Of a DNA stretch of 35,593 nt, positions 26,506-35,593 are shown piece by piece. How positions within the stretch are numbered: position 1 is the stretch's first letter; every line of letters begins with the position of its first letter. The DNA lies in IMG/VR virus record IMGVR_UViG_3300030372_002307, positions 1 to 35,593 of that record. One strand, 5' to 3'. This stretch comes from a virus. Taxonomy: Duplodnaviria > Caudoviricetes. Under the pieces are notes generated by a model that was not told the origin of the DNA, made no database searches, and saw only the letters and a list, made by a program, of their open reading frames with translations. The position numbers were made by a program, and so were the translations under genes.

Positions 26506-29500
26506 GTCCTATATCCATAAAGTGTAACCTTCAATCCTTTACCAGCGGCAGTAGAACCTACTTGGTCTATATTAAATTTAATTTCAGCGTCATCCGCTAA
26601 AGAAGCATCACTGATTACTGCCGCAGATGCCGCAGAAGTTGAAGTTTTTTCACTCGCATCTATTGATAATAAGGTTGATAAAATTGTAGAGCCACCTTCC
26701 TCTATATCTACTATAATAGTTGCACCTGTTGGAGCAGTATTAACAGTTGCTTTTACACCAGTTAATGTCATAGCAAAAGGCATATTAAAGAAAGCCTTTC
26801 CATCTCCAACAGTTAAATTACTAGTTTCATCGGATAAAGAAATTATGAAAACTTCTTCTGATAATAGTATATCATTACCCGCATCATTTGTAAAATATAA
26901 TTGATTTGGTGTTGCAGTTTTAGTCCATAATTGACCATAAGCAGCAGTATCAGCATCAGCACTAGCCTGTTCCTTTAAAGTAATAGCACCTTCAACTGTT
27001 AACTTTGTTTTAGGTGTAGCAAGACCAATTCCTACTTTATCAGTAGATGCATCTGTTCTAATTAGATTAGTGTCGGTGTCACCCATAATTCTTACATCTA
27101 TATCTTGGGCATTACCATTAATTTCTAAGAATCCAGTTCCAGCAGGGCTTCCCTCTAAAGTTAAAAAACCTCTTAAAGTTCCTCGATGCGATGCTTGAAT
27201 AAAAAATCTACCCGCTTCAGTAGTATCTACATTAGCACCCGATGTATCATCTATTTGTGCCATAAGTCTAACATAATTATGAGCAGCACCTGCATCATTT
27301 TTACCTAAAAAGTTGAGTTCTCCTAATCCGTCACTAACAGCAGGGCTATCAGAAGTTCTTGTAAATAATATATTAGGGGCTTGTGACGCTCCATCCTCAT
27401 CAACCTCAACTATTATTGTATCCCCAGTACCAGTGCTAAGTATATGTAAAGGGGCAGTGGGCGCACTAGTTCCAATGCCCACATTACCACCATTCAAAAG
27501 TGCCGCATAATTTGTATCTGCTGAACCCACATTAACAGTAAGACCTGTTGCTGTCGAAGTTCCACTAGCCGCCCCAACAACATCAATATCCATACCTATG
27601 ACAGATGATGTTCCTAAACTAGCCGAGTTAACATCTAAGTTAATTCCAATATCGTTATGTGCGTTTGTTCCTGAACCTGCAACTGTTCTATCAAAATCAA
27701 CGTGAAGCCCTACTAAATCTTCTGCACCATCCCCCGAAGTATCTGTGTTAACCACCATAGATTTACCATCGAAAGTTAATTTAGATTCAGATGTAACTGT
27801 TCCGTCTCCATCATCTGTTAATAACTGATTAGCAGAACCATCTACCCCTACTGGGTGTAAATCCGAAACAACCAATGTTGCGCCCGACCTATCTAATCCA
27901 GTAGTAGCAACAGTACCTGCAACCACATCTAAGAAATCAGAAAGTGCTTCTTTTTTAGATGCATTACTATCATCAGAATCTATGAATACTATTGAATCCC
28001 CATCTGCTATAACACCTGCGCTTAAAGCATTTAAATTATCTCCACCTATTGTTGGTAAATCAGTACCATCAATCGCAAATGTTTTACCCGATGCTAAATC
28101 TATACCACCGTCATCAATATCTAAGATTTCTACCTCATCTATGTATACAGATATCTTACCATGGTTGGCTGTGCCTGATGCGGTTTTAGTTGTAATTTTA
28201 ATTTCTTCTGCCGTTTTATTAGAAGCACCGTTTAGAACCTCTATGTTCATAGATTCTGTAGCACTTGTGCCCATTGTTAATTTTACATCGGCGTTATTGA
28301 CATCTTCGAATATATCTAAGTTACCACTGCTAAAAGATAATGATGCACTACCTGAAAAACCACCACTACCGTCTGATAATTGAACATTACCACTCGCACC
28401 TGATGATACAGGTGTAGGTGTGGAACTACTAACCATGACTCGCTGCCAGCCTGAACCAATGAAATCTGTTTTAGTGATATCATCTATAGTTTCTGTTATT
28501 GTTCTGTTACCTGATGTACCACCAGTGGCTTGTGTTAGTGTAATAGATTGTGCCGCTCCCGCAGCCACGGGTACAGCACTAACAGTAATTTTACCATTGT
28601 GACCATTAGCATGTTCTATCGCTGCTTTTAGTTCTACCAATAAAGCGTTTTGAGTAGATTTACTACCACCAGTAGTAGCAATACCCACTGCTATTTTACC
28701 TGCGTTACTACCACCAGCGGTAGTAGAACCTATGTCTGAACCCGATACTAATACAGTGTTTGTTGCTACACCCCCTGCGTTAGTATCCGTAACGAAGTAA
28801 GTTTTACTAGTTCCGTCTGTGGATATAAGAGTGATTTCATCAGCCTCATCAGTTGTCACATCGGCGTTACCAGTAGTAACAGTCAGAACTGCTTGTGCAC
28901 CCGACTCTCCGTAAACAAACATACAAGATTCTAGCGGTGAAACAGTATCTTTTACACCAGCACCTGTGAAGTTAGTCACAGTAACATTAGTCAAACCTGA
29001 CGTTATTATTGTGTTACCAGCAGTGCCACCAGTGGCTTGTGTTAAAGTGAGAGTACCTGAACCATTGTCGGTGACAGTAATTGTACCATTGTGACCATTA
29101 GCGTGCTCTATACAAGTTTTTAGAGCAGTAGCAGCAGTGGCAGCATTTGTATTAATAAATTGTCTACTACTCGCTGTTGTACTACTTTTAGCAGTATATG
29201 TTTGAGAAGTTCCAGCGGTGTCAATTATAACAATAGTTTCGTCTACCGTACATGCGCCTGTAAAAGATATAGTAGCGGTTGCACCTACATCATCAAATTC
29301 TATACTGTTACTAGCACTCACGTTGCTTACAAATACAGAATGACCGGGTGGGAAATTACCACTAGGGTCTAAGTCTATGGTTGTAGATGGAGTAAGCACA
29401 AACACCTGTGCCTCATCAAAAGTAAATGTCATATCAGCATCTGCTGTAGTTGTTTTAATACCTGTGGGTCCGATTAAATGTGTGTGTCTAGTTGATTGAC

Positions 29501-30308
29501 TATCTTTGGCGCTAAAGTACAAATGTGCGTCTCCATCAGCGTTGTAAGATTGCCAAAGAACACCACTTTCAGTAGTAGTTGAGCCGTGCTCACCTGAGCC
29601 GTGTATTTGTAATAAAGTCGTGTGGTCTGTTATACCGACTTCTGAGCCAGCGCTACCGCTTTCCACAGGTGTAAAATAAACAGGAGATGGTCTGACAAAT
29701 ACACGTTTATCATTTACTTCAGTTATAGCCGAGATGTTTAAATTACCAGTGGTGCTTGCTGCTGTTCTAACTGCTCTTACTGTTGCTAAAACCAATGTTT
29801 GTTTATTAGAAGCGCTAGACACTGTAGCCATTGTTAAATATTCAGCACTGTCCCCTGTTATAGATGGATAAGCACCAGTAGCGGTGTCTATGACAGCAGT
29901 TTGTGTATATTTTAGCCCTTCGGAGGTTGCTAATATAATAAAAAGAGTTTCCTTACCACTAGCGGATAAAGCGGTAACATTAGTATTTTCTAATATGTCA
30001 CTATCGCTTGTGGCAAATGTGAGTGTTGTTTCACTACCGCCACCGAAATCGTATAACACACCATCTAATATGGCTTCAAAAGGTTTTACAATAACTTGAT
30101 TATTAGCACTTCCTGCCCTCACAGCCCCTCCTAGTTCGGTAGGGTCATTTCTATGAGTGTTACCATAAGATGTATCATTAGATAATAAAATACCGTTACC
30201 ATGAACACCCTCATAGAGATTAGTTAATGATGGAGACAATATGTGGTCTCCGTCTCTTAGTCCGTCATTCGTTCCCGCTGTATGCCCCGATAGTGGATTT
30301 TGTGCCAT
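26502..30308 (-). CDS. Tail fibre / receptor-binding protein (mosaic)
   Basis: 1268 aa, T/S/G/A-rich; GNVGIGTSAP and KVGIGLATP fibre repeats; internal repeated modules. Confidence 0.8.
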   Translation of the reverse strand: MAQNPLSGHTAGTNDGLRDGDHILSPSLTNLYEGVHGNGILLSNDTSYGNTHRNDPTELGGAVRAGSANNQVIVKPFEAILDGVLYDFGGGSETTLTFATSDSDILENTNVTALSASGKETLFIILATSEGLKYTQTAVIDTATGAYPSITGDSAEYLTMATVSSASNKQTLVLATVRAVRTAASTTGNLNISAITEVNDKRVFVRPSPVYFTPVESGSAGSEVGITDHTTLLQIHGSGEHGSTTTESGVLWQSYNADGDAHLYFSAKDSQSTRHTHLIGPTGIKTTTADADMTFTFDEAQVFVLTPSTTIDLDPSGNFPPGHSVFVSNVSASNSIEFDDVGATATISFTGACTVDETIVIIDTAGTSQTYTAKSSTTASSRQFINTNAATAATALKTCIEHANGHNGTITVTDNGSGTLTLTQATGGTAGNTIITSGLTNVTVTNFTGAGVKDTVSPLESCMFVYGESGAQAVLTVTTGNADVTTDEADEITLISTDGTSKTYFVTDTNAGGVATNTVLVSGSDIGSTTAGGSNAGKIAVGIATTGGSKSTQNALLVELKAAIEHANGHNGKITVSAVPVAAGAAQSITLTQATGGTSGNRTITETIDDITKTDFIGSGWQRVMVSSSTPTPVSSGASGNVQLSDGSGGFSGSASLSFSSGNLDIFEDVNNADVKLTMGTSATESMNIEVLNGASNKTAEEIKITTKTASGTANHGKISVYIDEVEILDIDDGGIDLASGKTFAIDGTDLPTIGGDNLNALSAGVIADGDSIVFIDSDDSNASKKEALSDFLDVVAGTVATTGLDRSGATLVVSDLHPVGVDGSANQLLTDDGDGTVTSESKLTFDGKSMVVNTDTSGDGAEDLVGLHVDFDRTVAGSGTNAHNDIGINLDVNSASLGTSSVIGMDIDVVGAASGTSTATGLTVNVGSADTNYAALLNGGNVGIGTSAPTAPLHILSTGTGDTIIVEVDEDGASQAPNILFTRTSDSPAVSDGLGELNFLGKNDAGAAHNYVRLMAQIDDTSGANVDTTEAGRFFIQASHRGTLRGFLTLEGSPAGTGFLEINGNAQDIDVRIMGDTDTNLIRTDASTDKVGIGLATPKTKLTVEGAITLKEQASADADTAAYGQLWTKTATPNQLYFTNDAGNDILLSEEVFIISLSDETSNLTVGDGKAFFNMPFAMTLTGVKATVNTAPTGATIIVDIEEGGSTILSTLLSIDASEKTSTSAASAAVISDASLADDAEIKFNIDQVGSTAAGKGLKVTLYGYRT
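28455..29285 (-). repeat. Two copies of the 'IEHANGHNGxITV...LTQ...GN..I' module in the tail fibre gene (third copy at about 33716-34153)
   Basis: Near-identical cores at about 28582-28629, 29074-29121 and 33831-33880. Confidence 0.8.
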
Positions 30309-30312
30309 TCTT

Positions 30313-30657
30313 TCACCTTACCTCAATTAATACCTGTATTCTCAATTCGTTTCTTGATGTTTTTATTATAGGCTTCACTGTGTGCCTTGCGACTGGGGTG
30401 AACGAAGAAGTACCCCTATATTGAATAAACACTTCTTTTATACTTTCAGTAAATTCAAAATCTTTTGGAATAAATGCTTCTACTAGTAAAGTGGTGTCAT
30501 CTATCACCTTCACAGTGGGAGCCACTGTCAAAGCGGGTTTACCAGCAGCCCCATCTGAATTAGTAGAAGGTGTGCCATCAAAACCTATAGTAAGTTCGTT
30601 AATATTAGACGCTATAGTATCTAGTAGTAATCTTCTCATTCTGTCTGCTACAGGCAT
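30313..30657 (-). CDS. Putative tail/baseplate protein
   Basis: 114 aa, GGAGGTGA RBS, lies within the structural block. Confidence 0.6.
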   Translation of the reverse strand: MPVADRMRRLLLDTIASNINELTIGFDGTPSTNSDGAAGKPALTVAPTVKVIDDTTLLVEAFIPKDFEFTESIKEVFIQYRGTSSFTPVARHTVKPIIKTSRNELRIQVLIEVR

Positions 30658-32093
30658 TATTCGTCACCTCCGTATATGGCGGCTAGTGATTTACTACCCT
30701 TGATGGTTTCGGACGATGATGAGCCACCAATCAATCCTCTACCGCCTGATTTACCAATAATAAACCCATCACCAGCCACACCATGATTATATTTAATTAC
30801 GAACAATTTACTTACTAATTTAATATCACCGAATAAAGATGTGCTGTCTTCTACCACTTGTTGTATTACATCAGGCTTACCTTCTGTAACCGATATACCT
30901 TGTACTAATCCTTGTAGTATACCCTCTACACCTGTATCTACTTGTAAGAATACTAAATTTGTAGAATTATTAGATAGATTATGTGATACTTCTGTTAGTA
31001 TTCTAGGTAAACCTTCGTAAGTGATAATTTGACCGGGTCTTAAATCCCAAGCATTAGGATGACCATCACTATACATACTACCCTCTAATATATTATTAGC
31101 CTTCAATATAGTTCTAGCAATTCTTCTAGCAGCATCATTAGATTTAACACTCGCATCAGTGATAACAGATGGCTCTTCTTGTATGTCGCCGCCCCTACCA
31201 CTTTGTCTTTCACCATCACTCATTATAATATAAGATACATTGTTCAAAGCAATTGGTATACCTTGAACTGCGATTTTATTAGGGGTGTTAGCGATAGGAT
31301 TTACACCCTTACCACCAGTTCTGACAGCGGAGTCAATCATTCTACCCGCCTCTGTGAAATTAAAAGGAACATAAAGTAAATTACCAAATCTATCGAAGTA
31401 AGCAATACAATTATCATACCTACCTAAGAATTTAAAAGCAGTTAAAAGATTGATATCGTGAAAATCATGTGATACAAATTTTGTAGAAAACTTTCTTCTT
31501 TCAGTATTTGCGTTTGTGGGATTACGAGATAAACCTAAGTTAACAGAAGTAAACTCATCGACAACATCTTTTGCTAATCTCATAGCCAAATCAGATGTTC
31601 TAAGACCGACATTAACAGGTTGTGCAAAATGACCACTAGTACCGATAAAACCAATCTCTTCTATGGTTTTACCTTTTAAATTTTTAAGAGTCATGATTGT
31701 ACCATCCGTAGATGTTTGTATATCACTTAAAAATAATCTTTGTGAAGGAGCCACACTATTGTAAATTAAAGGTGGTTTATCTTTTGCGCTACTACTAGAC
31801 AATTGTGAACTCATATAGAACACGGGGCTAGTAGAATCATGACCAGCAACATCGGGCTCTAATATTTTAACACTATCTTGTCTACCTTGTATTTGATACG
31901 CTTTTTCTGTCGCTATAGCGTATGTAGATGTTTTTCTTTGTCGCACAGTCAATTTGTGTTTGTCACTATTTTGTGGATTTATTTCTGCTAAATGAACAGC
32001 GTTATCAACAAATTTAGGTTTTCTCACATGTGTCATAATTTGTGTATCCCTACTAGTATTACCTAGTATATGTGAAGTGCTTATCAATGGCAT
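30657..32093 (-). CDS. Putative tail hub/baseplate protein
   Basis: YFDRFGNL...AARRIARTIL...DLRPGQII...ILTEVSH pattern typical of hub proteins. Confidence 0.6.
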   Translation of the reverse strand: MPLISTSHILGNTSRDTQIMTHVRKPKFVDNAVHLAEINPQNSDKHKLTVRQRKTSTYAIATEKAYQIQGRQDSVKILEPDVAGHDSTSPVFYMSSQLSSSSAKDKPPLIYNSVAPSQRLFLSDIQTSTDGTIMTLKNLKGKTIEEIGFIGTSGHFAQPVNVGLRTSDLAMRLAKDVVDEFTSVNLGLSRNPTNANTERRKFSTKFVSHDFHDINLLTAFKFLGRYDNCIAYFDRFGNLLYVPFNFTEAGRMIDSAVRTGGKGVNPIANTPNKIAVQGIPIALNNVSYIIMSDGERQSGRGGDIQEEPSVITDASVKSNDAARRIARTILKANNILEGSMYSDGHPNAWDLRPGQIITYEGLPRILTEVSHNLSNNSTNLVFLQVDTGVEGILQGLVQGISVTEGKPDVIQQVVEDSTSLFGDIKLVSKLFVIKYNHGVAGDGFIIGKSGGRGLIGGSSSSETIKGSKSLAAIYGGDE

Positions 32094-35000
32094 TATGCAT
32101 CACCCGAGTGGTCTGAAGTATTGAAAGTTACATCTTCTTTGTGGCCTTTAGAATGTAATGATTGTGTAAAGCGTGCTTTAACATTATAATCTTTCTTACT
32201 ACCATCGCTTCTTGACGAGTCTCCTCTGAATTTTTGTAGTGTATTTTCGCTAATTACTAATCTAGTTACTGTGCCTTTGAGACTTGTTTTATCAAAACCA
32301 GTGGCCTCTGTGCCCGGTAGTTTAGGTCCTTTGGAAGCGGGAGATTGTACACTAGATGATGTTTTAACATAATACACTGGTTGATAAGGAGCATTTGATG
32401 CAGGTAAATCACTTCCCGAAAACTTAGTAGAACTGGCACTAGGTGTTGAATAATTAAACAATCCGTATTTACCACCTGATGTCGCTGAAAAATAATTACT
32501 ATCGGATTGAGGACTGTTTGAATGTAACGCTAAATTAGACCTAAAGACTTCAACGTGTTTATTGTCTAATAATCTCGTTGGTCTTAATAAAAATTGTATA
32601 CTCTTATCTGTATAATTATATCTACTAATAACAGTTCCTGAATTATATACCTGATATGGATTACTAGTCTTCTCGCTAGATGAGGCCCAACTTGAAAGAC
32701 CCCATCCAGTATCGTCAAATGGATTAGCAAAACTACTAGATTCTAATATGTAATTACCGCCTAAAGCGTGTATGTTACTCGTATGGCTAAATCTCATCAC
32801 AGCACCTTGGGGTTGACCTGCGAATGTCAACGCTGTTAAATCGTAATCACCCAGTGTTTGTGAGGCCGCTTGCATACCACCGTGTAATATTACTCTCTGT
32901 CCTATGTTACGGTCTGTGTGTAAACTATGCGCTTCTGTATTTACTACAATCATGTCAGAGGAACTACCTCCGTTAAAAGATTCTAAGTTTTCAGCATCAA
33001 TACCTATACGTGGGCTGCTTCTTGATATTGCTTCTTTATGTACAGATGTACCAGCGAAAGACTCTACCTTCTCACTAGCAACAGCATCAGGTTTTAGTAA
33101 ACCATCTTCTTCTATATCTAATCTAGCACTTATACCTCTTTTAATTTCATCACTTGCTAAAACATCATTACGTGGTCTGATGTAACCTGTACCGAATGTT
33201 GGCTCTGAAGTATCATGAGACAATACTATTCCCGAACCTTGGTACACAGTGCTAATGTCCGCTAAGACATCTTCATTGAATTCTGTTGGATATCTAACAC
33301 CACGGCCTCCACCCATATCTCCAACACGTAGAGCATTAGTAGGGGCAAAAACATCCACAAGTTCGTTAGAATTATTAGAATTAATATCATTTAATCTACC
33401 ACCGAATCTAGGAATCGTGCTAGTTCTTGAACTTAGAATATTACCACTAGTATCTGCTATACCTTTTAGATTAAAGATAGGTTTACCATTATTCCAAATT
33501 CTAGCATGCGGCGTTCTATTGTTAGTCCTGTCATACTCGTAAGCATCACCAGCGTCCCAAGCGGGTCTAATTCCGAATCCACGTACAGGCATTCTTCTTA
33601 CATCTTCACCACGAGTATTACCCCACCAATCGATTAGATAGTAACCTAGTGCATTTTCAAATGATGATATACCAAGCGCCTCACCATCTCCCCACCAATC
33701 ACGGGGCACACCTATTCCACCTGTGAAATTGGCTTCTGATACAGTTGCTAAGTTTTCTGTTATATCGGTGTTACCAGCGGGTCCTGCTACTGCTTGAGTT
33801 AAAGTGACTACTCCGTTTGTTACTGTACCGACTGTGATTTTACCGTTATGACCATTAGCGTGTTCTATCGCTGCTTTGAGTAATACAACGAATTGGTGTT
33901 GTGTAGTTCCACCACTTAAGTCAAACCCAACTGCTATTCCTGTAGCATTAGTACTTAGAGTTGCTGTAATTGAACCTGTAGATTTCAATGTAGCACTGGC
34001 CGCTACAGCACCTAAATGGGCCACACCTCCGTCATTAGTATCTGATACGAAATAATCTACTACTGTTCCGTCTGTACTTGTAAGAGTAATTTTCTGACCA
34101 GCGGTTAAACCGTGTGCAGAACCATGAGCGGCAGCAGTGAGTATAGCAGTAGCATTTGTTGAATTAGCATTTCTAATAGTTCTAACTGGGCAACCATATG
34201 AACGAGTCATTCTTCTACCATCACTGTATCTTGTTTGGAATTCAGGTTTATCCATACCTAGCATACCAGTAAAGTTAGTTTGTCTTTCCATCACTCCAAC
34301 ATAAGTAACAGGTAATGTAGCAGACCCTATAGATGAGTCATTTCCAACATAAGTTAAGGAGCCAAATGGATACTCCACTAACGGACCTTGTCTATTTTCA
34401 ACTGTAAGAGGAACTGCGCTTCCTGTATCCAATGTATCTTCCATCCACGCTCTTAATCCATAGAATCCCCATTGTGGTCTATTCCATGGTTGTCTTAAAC
34501 CAAATCTATAACCGAAAGTTTGTGGTCTATATCCACCGACAGTAGAACCTGATGCTGCGGGAGGATTTGCATTTGGATTAAATGTAGATGCTAATCCTGA
34601 ACTCACACTATAACTACCATCATCATCAGCATCTAACCAGTAAATCGATGTTCCTGCTGGATAATAACCAGCCATATTCCAACCTGCGGCAGCCATAGCA
34701 TATCCGTCTAGGTTACTATTTAGTGGTCCACCTCTACTACCACAAGGCCAATAATTAGATAGCATTATAGTTGCGCTTCCTTGAGATTGAATACCATTTA
34801 GGGCATGGATTTCTGCTCCTGTGCCTACACTACCATCTGCTCCAACATATATTGTGCTACCAGTAGCGGGCTCGAATCCTTTACCTGTGTCTGCTATTGT
34901 TACATTTGCTGTAGCGACAGCCAAAACTTTACCTATTATTTTACCATCTGCGAACAAGAAATCATTAACGCTTACTTCACTACTTACATCACCAGCAAAA

Positions 35001-35593
35001 GTAAAAATTCTTTTTAGACCCCTAACGGTTAATGTAGCATTTCCTCCACCACCCGAAACTGTTAGGACTTCACCGTAAACATATCCCGAACCACCTGCAT
35101 TTACAACAGCAGCACTCACAGCACCACTCGCTGTTATGTTAAATGTAGCACTGCTACCCGAACCAGTTGTACTCGCTATACCAGTGCCTGTACTATTACT
35201 ATATCCACTACCACCAGCACTAATACGCACATCTGTTACTATACCGTTAGTTCCGTAACTTGACAATGTTTCAGAAATGGGCACAGGTGGTTTTGGTGTC
35301 TTGATATCCATGTTGAAAGGACCATGACTGATAGAAGAATTAACACCGTGATAATGTATTGTTTCGAAATGTTCAGGAATAGAATTGTACGCTGCTTCAT
35401 CAACCGCTCTATCTGAGTGTAAGTTACTACCGTTGATAGGGAATGTTCTACTTGAGTCTGAATAGAAAGTGTAAGGTCTTCCTAAATTAGGACTCCAAGC
35501 GCAGATAAAAGCATCAGGTGTATGCAAACTGTTTGTGTCACGAGTACCAGCCAATAGTTGAGGTAGATTTCTTGTCAAAACACTTCGCTTAGG
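32093..35593 (-). CDS. Large virion/tail structural protein, 5'-truncated
   Basis: Frame stays open from 35578 to the window edge; GGSGY repeats; shares the HANGHNG module with the tail fibre. Confidence 0.75.
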   Translation of the reverse strand, partial: PKRSVLTRNLPQLLAGTRDTNSLHTPDAFICAWSPNLGRPYTFYSDSSRTFPINGSNLHSDRAVDEAAYNSIPEHFETIHYHGVNSSISHGPFNMDIKTPKPPVPISETLSSYGTNGIVTDVRISAGGSGYSNSTGTGIASTTGSGSSATFNITASGAVSAAVVNAGGSGYVYGEVLTVSGGGGNATLTVRGLKRIFTFAGDVSSEVSVNDFLFADGKIIGKVLAVATANVTIADTGKGFEPATGSTIYVGADGSVGTGAEIHALNGIQSQGSATIMLSNYWPCGSRGGPLNSNLDGYAMAAAGWNMAGYYPAGTSIYWLDADDDGSYSVSSGLASTFNPNANPPAASGSTVGGYRPQTFGYRFGLRQPWNRPQWGFYGLRAWMEDTLDTGSAVPLTVENRQGPLVEYPFGSLTYVGNDSSIGSATLPVTYVGVMERQTNFTGMLGMDKPEFQTRYSDGRRMTRSYGCPVRTIRNANSTNATAILTAAAHGSAHGLTAGQKITLTSTDGTVVDYFVSDTNDGGVAHLGAVAASATLKSTGSITATLSTNATGIAVGFDLSGGTTQHQFVVLLKAAIEHANGHNGKITVGTVTNGVVTLTQAVAGPAGNTDITENLATVSEANFTGGIGVPRDWWGDGEALGISSFENALGYYLIDWWGNTRGEDVRRMPVRGFGIRPAWDAGDAYEYDRTNNRTPHARIWNNGKPIFNLKGIADTSGNILSSRTSTIPRFGGRLNDINSNNSNELVDVFAPTNALRVGDMGGGRGVRYPTEFNEDVLADISTVYQGSGIVLSHDTSEPTFGTGYIRPRNDVLASDEIKRGISARLDIEEDGLLKPDAVASEKVESFAGTSVHKEAISRSSPRIGIDAENLESFNGGSSSDMIVVNTEAHSLHTDRNIGQRVILHGGMQAASQTLGDYDLTALTFAGQPQGAVMRFSHTSNIHALGGNYILESSSFANPFDDTGWGLSSWASSSEKTSNPYQVYNSGTVISRYNYTDKSIQFLLRPTRLLDNKHVEVFRSNLALHSNSPQSDSNYFSATSGGKYGLFNYSTPSASSTKFSGSDLPASNAPYQPVYYVKTSSSVQSPASKGPKLPGTEATGFDKTSLKGTVTRLVISENTLQKFRGDSSRSDGSKKDYNVKARFTQSLHSKGHKEDVTFNTSDHSGDA

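Noticed and set aside
27313-35078. Plus-strand ORFs within the structural block (and nested 32266-32475)
   Set aside because: They are antisense or out-of-frame shadows of long tail genes
26502-35593. Tail repeats as template/variable repeats of a diversity-generating retroelement
   Set aside because: No reverse transcriptase in the window; all copies are coding and their differences look mostly synonymous rather than adenine-specific
1-35593. Cellular archaeal chromosome or integrated provirus boundary
   Set aside because: No ribosomal or metabolic housekeeping genes, integrase or att site; divergent replication genes sit directly against tail genes

Overview
This window looks like part of a tailed dsDNA archaeal virus genome. 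Its gene content and order best match my recollection of the Magroviruses (viruses of Marine Group II Euryarchaeota/Poseidoniales); this is not database-confirmed. The + strand (1-25979) starts with many small, tightly overlapping, often zinc-binding ORFs, including PC4-like, endonuclease V-like, HNH, TFB-cyclin-like and winged-helix genes. It then carries an archaeal-type replication block: ligase-like protein, RFC, RPA-like, RecA-family ATPase, PCNA-like, PolB, Cas4-like nuclease, PriS-PriL fusion primase, ERCC4 nuclease, MCM-like helicase, DEDD exonuclease and a thermosome. The - strand (26023-end) is a convergent tail/virion module. The most notable observations are: (1) an unannotated 44-aa protein with two PIP-box-like motifs coupled to polB; (2) a ligase-like protein with no catalytic KxDG motif; (3) a repeated TATA-containing 24-bp promoter motif alongside a stand-alone TFB cyclin repeat; (4) a structured intergenic element before the clamp gene; (5) a domain inserted three times in two tail proteins; (6) apparent avoidance of GATC, AGCT and CCWGG. 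All family calls come from motifs recognised by eye.
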